Source of the DNA: Octopus vulgaris
Taxonomy: Eukaryota
Length of the DNA stretch: 64,000 nt
Assembly (NCBI GenBank): GCA_951406725.2
Contig: OX597819.1
Coordinates: forward strand, 100,750,001-100,814,000
Direction of reading: 5' to 3'
Below the pieces are notes generated by a model. It was not told where the DNA came from. It ran no database searches and saw only the letters and a program-made list of their open reading frames with translations. Numbering within the stretch: position 1 is the stretch's first letter; each line of letters opens with the position of its first letter. Below, piece by piece: positions 59,790 to 64,000 of this stretch. Both the position numbers and the translations under genes were made by a program.

Positions 59790-60062
59790 ATTTAAAGAGA
59801 TCAAGAAAGTACTAGACTATAAAACTCCCGGACCAGTTAGTGTCTACGGTTTTAAGCTAAAAAAAAAACCCCTCCCAAGTATAGTTATATATGACTGTGT
59901 TTTATTGACAGAGAAAATAAAATACCAACTTGGACGACAAAAGATAGGACGGTGCTGTTAGAGGAGGACAAAGGAAAGAAAGAGGATGTCAGCAAATATA
60001 GACCTATTACTTGTTTTCCATTACTCTAGAAACCGTTAAGTAGTCTCGTATTAGATGATGGG
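59790..60062 (+). pseudogene. R4/Dong-type RT N-terminal fragment
   Basis: KTPGPVSVYGFKLK and IPTWTTKDRTVLL...SKYRPITCFPLL*K. Confidence 0.7.
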
Positions 60063-60099
60063 TATGTGTGTGCGCGTCCATGGGTCTTTGTGAGGCCTT

Positions 60100-61485
60100 T
60101 TTCTTTTGAGAGTATTTACTATTCAAAATCGCTTGTGTTTCGTTTCTGAAGACTGACTCGTATCTGTCGTAGCGATGCGTCATCCGGTTATCTAGACAGG
60201 ATGTCTATAGTAATCCGGTTCAATAAACCACCATGTTTTTCTTTGGCATGCTGGTTGAGCATTGAGGCTTGTCTTTGGTCCCTGTACTCCCACCAATCTT
60301 CATTTATACGCTCGACTAAACTTCTCGCCGTTAAACCTATGTATGCAGTATTCCGGTTTTTACAATCAACATCCAGCCAGTTTATTCGGTAAACTACATT
60401 TCTAGTTTTGTAGTTGAGACCAGGGCTATATTTGCACACTACACTGGTCTTCTCTACACACGCGGTCTTTCTGAATGGTTATGTTTTGCATATCATTGAC
60501 CTGATGGATCTCGCTGGTTTTTCCATAACTTTTATGTTCAACTTAGTATCCATGAGGATTTTTCTGAATCTGCGAGCTCTTTCCCAGTTTGGTGTGGCTT
60601 CTACAAACATCCTCTCTTGGAACATGTCGGTATTGTACCACGAGTTCTTTTTGTTCATTTTCTCATAAATTCTTTGTATTTCATTCCACTGCTTACTACA
60701 GTACCTGGGTTGTATTCCATCGGCATCTTCAAATTTCTTGCTAGACCCCCTGTACACTTGGAACCTATCTTTCTGGTTGTATCTCGAAAATTGCATGCAA
60801 TGCACGAGGTCTTGTGTGTGTTTCCTTTTCTTCCTAGGGTTTGCGAAGCAGGGATATGTTTTTCATTAGTCAACCATTAATATATTAATTTTCACGTTGT
60901 GTGATAGAGCTGAAATCTTATTGATTATATACTTCGAGGACAAGGGTTTCATAGAGTGTGAGTGGTGGATTTGAACTTTGTTATTAACAGTTTCTAGCTA
61001 AAGCTGTGTGTTAAGAACTGGGGGTCTCTTGTTTGGGTAATCTATAGTTACTCTGATGCTTTGATGTACGGATTTAGCTATACACTGGATGCTTTCCATC
61101 ATGATCCTCTCGTTCTCTTCAGTCTGACTGTTTGATGTTGTCTTGACTATGAGATTGATGTCATCCACATATCTCCCGTACAGTCTGATTGCTACTGAGT
61201 GTTACTCAAGTGCTTGTTTCAGTTTTCTGTCCCACCAGGTCATGAATAGGGCCGCCACATCCCCAGCCACACTGACACCGATGGCTGCCCACTGGACTTT
61301 TATGTATAGCTTCTCATTGAATTTAACTATATGGTTCTATGGGTCGGTCTTTAAACTTCACCTACTGCATGTGCAATCATTTTTAGTGTCTGGACGTTAT
61401 CCCCTTGGTCGTGGTCGGGTGTATTCCATCCACTCAAGCGCACAGTGGTGTTTTCCTAGCTGCGGATGTGATCGTGGGTGCACGT
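60100..61485 (-). mobile_element. Penelope-like element remnant (Naiad-like): RT followed by C-terminal GIY-YIG endonuclease
   Basis: FNEKLY...AAIGVSVAGDVAALFMTWWDR...LYGRYVDDIN, then MFVEATP, then RNVVYRINWLDVDCK...AYIGLTARSLVERINE. Confidence 0.85.
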
Positions 61486-64000
61486 GTGAGTTAACGAAGA
61501 AAACAAAGAGAGAAGCAAAACTGGTGTCTTATGTATATAAAAATTACATAAGTCAGTATTTGAAAAATAGACACACACACGGATTTACACACTTATTTAT
61601 AAACACACACAAATAGAGACAAAAGCACACACTCACATACTCATCTCGGACAGATCTTGGACAAATCTCAACACTGGAACATAAGTTCAAATGAAATGGA
61701 TGTAGAGAGACGTGTTACTGAAGTGATTGCAACAATGCGATGAAATAATTTGGCAAAAAAAAAAAAAAAAGAACACGAACTATACTGAACAATAACAATA
61801 AAAGACCGAACCAGTGCGTGTGTTTATTATCACCGGCATAATGCCCCTCCCAAGGTTCAATAATATGTGTGCGTGTGTGCGCGCGTGTGTGTGTTTGTGT
61901 GACTCTATCATGTAACATACAAAAGAAATATAAACTTTAAACGCCAACTTATATACATGCACACGTACGTATGTCGCCAATAGTAATTCGACATACAGAT
62001 ACAAAGCTAAAAACCTGTAAGGAAAGAAATAGGCAAATGTATGAGCCCCAATAACATGACTGGGGTACTGAAGAGCTAAGTTGATCTGCAATGTATTTGA
62101 ACCCAGAAAGGAAGCATCCAGAAGAAGTTGTTTTGTCTCAGGCTCTCACGATTTTGCCATTATCATTGTGGTGGTATTGAGGTAACTTTGCTTCGTTGCT
62201 GTCATTACAATTGTTATTTTAATAAATTATTATGGCTACTGTTATTTTTCTTTCTTTCTTTCTTTTTTACTTTTTTTTTAGTTTTTTGGTGGTGGTATGT
62301 TGCGGATATTTCTGATGTTTATGTTGTTTATATTTGGTGTAGCCATCCATCGTGTTGCGGTTATTATTGATGTTGATGGTGTTGTTGATGACGAGGGTGG
62401 TGTTGGTAGTGATGTCATTATCATTACTGCTTATATTCAGTCAATGAAAGAAGGTCAGCTGCTTCCATAATGAGATAAGATAATATTGAGGGTGAAATAG
62501 GAAGCTTGCTGTGCCGTAGCTTACTGTAAAAGATTATTACATTAGAGCTACTGTATAAATATACAATTATATATCAGTATAGTTAAATCATTATCATCGA
62601 CAGCAACCATGGATGTTACAATAACAACTAGAAACATAATGAATATTTCTACAACAGTAACAATAACAACAATAACCGAGTTAATCACACACTAACATCT
62701 GTCCTAAAGTAATGACTATTATTTGCATAAATCAACCAATAAAGATGGCGTTTGAAGTTGCTTAACACTTCCTGTACGGTAATATTTCCTTTTGTGTTAT
62801 TTTTTTGTAGGTCCACTAGTTTTGTGATGGGTTTCATTGCTGTATTACTATTAAAAACGTTTTTGTAATTTGTCGTTGTAATGAAGCACCCTACATCATA
62901 CTTTTGTTATTAAAAGTAATTATTATTATTGCTATTGTTGGTGGTGTTTGCTCTGAACGGTCACGTTTCACAGATCTCTGCTTAAAAGATATTTTCTTCA
63001 GTAATTACTTGATGGGAAAATATTTTGTTTAGTTCTTTCTAACAGCAAAGGCTTTCAGAATATTTATAACTCACGCCATTACCCGGGGTAACAAAACTGG
63101 TTCGTTCTCAGACGTTTTATTGTGTGTATATATTTCTGCAAACATAGATTTTACTTTGTTTATTAGCGGTGCAATATAGCTGCTTCTGATGTAGCGGGAG
63201 AAGTTGCTATCCACAAGTATGGCACCAGATTGTGCACACAGTTATAATTTCACAAATACAAAAGAATTTTAGCGAAAACTCAAATTTTAATCAGAACAAC
63301 GAAAGCCTTGACTGCAACAACGGCACAACCCATCTTTTGCTAGAAAGGTAAAGTCAAAAGGAAATATAGACATTGTCTATTTCTAGGCATGCGTGGAAGG
63401 GAAAACGAATCTATCATAAGAAGAGAATCTTTAATTTCTCAAGGATTTCATCTAAAAAGGAACGAAAGCTGGCAATGGACGACTGTTTTTCCAAATAATG
63501 GAGGGAATTTCCTTATGCTATCAAGGGAAGTGTTCGCAGAAAACTTAAGTAATGTACGACAGAATGAGAGTTGCATCGACCGGGTCAGAGAATATGGATC
63601 TGTATATCTGGTCTCAATTCAAAAGCTTATGTTTTCCATAAACGCTTCTCAAGCCTCTGGATAGGGCTAGTTCTCAAAACGGACTACAGTAATATTTCCA
63701 GCTAATGTAGTTGTTAATTAATATGTTAATCAAAACTGCAATGACGTTTGTCGATTTTAGATGAGAAGCAAGTCGACAATAACGGATAAGGATGGTCTGA
63801 TGATGCCAACCAAATCAACAGTACTCAGGAGTAATTTCGGAAATCCCAATTCACAGCAGTTGATTTGAGTGTCAGGTTGTTGTAGTTCTCTGTCGTCTTA
63901 AACCTATCTAAGTGGCTGTTACTTCCCTCGGTGGGGGTAGGTATCATTCGTTTGGTGTAGCATATTTTACACGAAATAAGGTAATTTATATTTATTTCAT

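Noticed and set aside
62069-62110. CTGAAGAG motif as HHR
   Set aside because: No stem II-GAAA or stem I pairing.
63795-63880. CTGATGA followed by hairpin CAAATCAAC/GTTGATTTG as HHR or box C/D snoRNA
   Set aside because: No correctly placed GAAAC-NUH after the stem and no terminal D box or stem.

Overview
AT-rich, microsatellite-saturated animal intergenic or intronic DNA. The SINE families and repeat style suggest an octopod cephalopod; this is an inference from recalled repeat sequences, not a database match. I find no convincing host protein-coding gene, and most ORFs in the track are microsatellite artefacts. Real coding remnants are all transposon-derived: R4/Dong-type RLE LINEs in (AAT)n arrays, a CR1/L2-group LINE in (TA)n, RTE and L1/Tx1 remnants, two Penelope-like elements (one Naiad-like with GIY-YIG) and a decayed mariner. 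Non-coding repeats include two non-autonomous Helitrons and many tRNA-derived SINEs. The most unusual signal is about a dozen type-I hammerhead-ribozyme (HHR)-like motifs, mostly degenerate. They recur in short non-coding insertions with fold-back or inverted ends, internal or flanking microsatellites and, in two cases, clean target-site duplications. One unit joins a tRNA-derived Pol III head to an HHR, resembling a retrozyme or Sm-alpha element. All structures were read by eye and none has been folded computationally or tested for activity.
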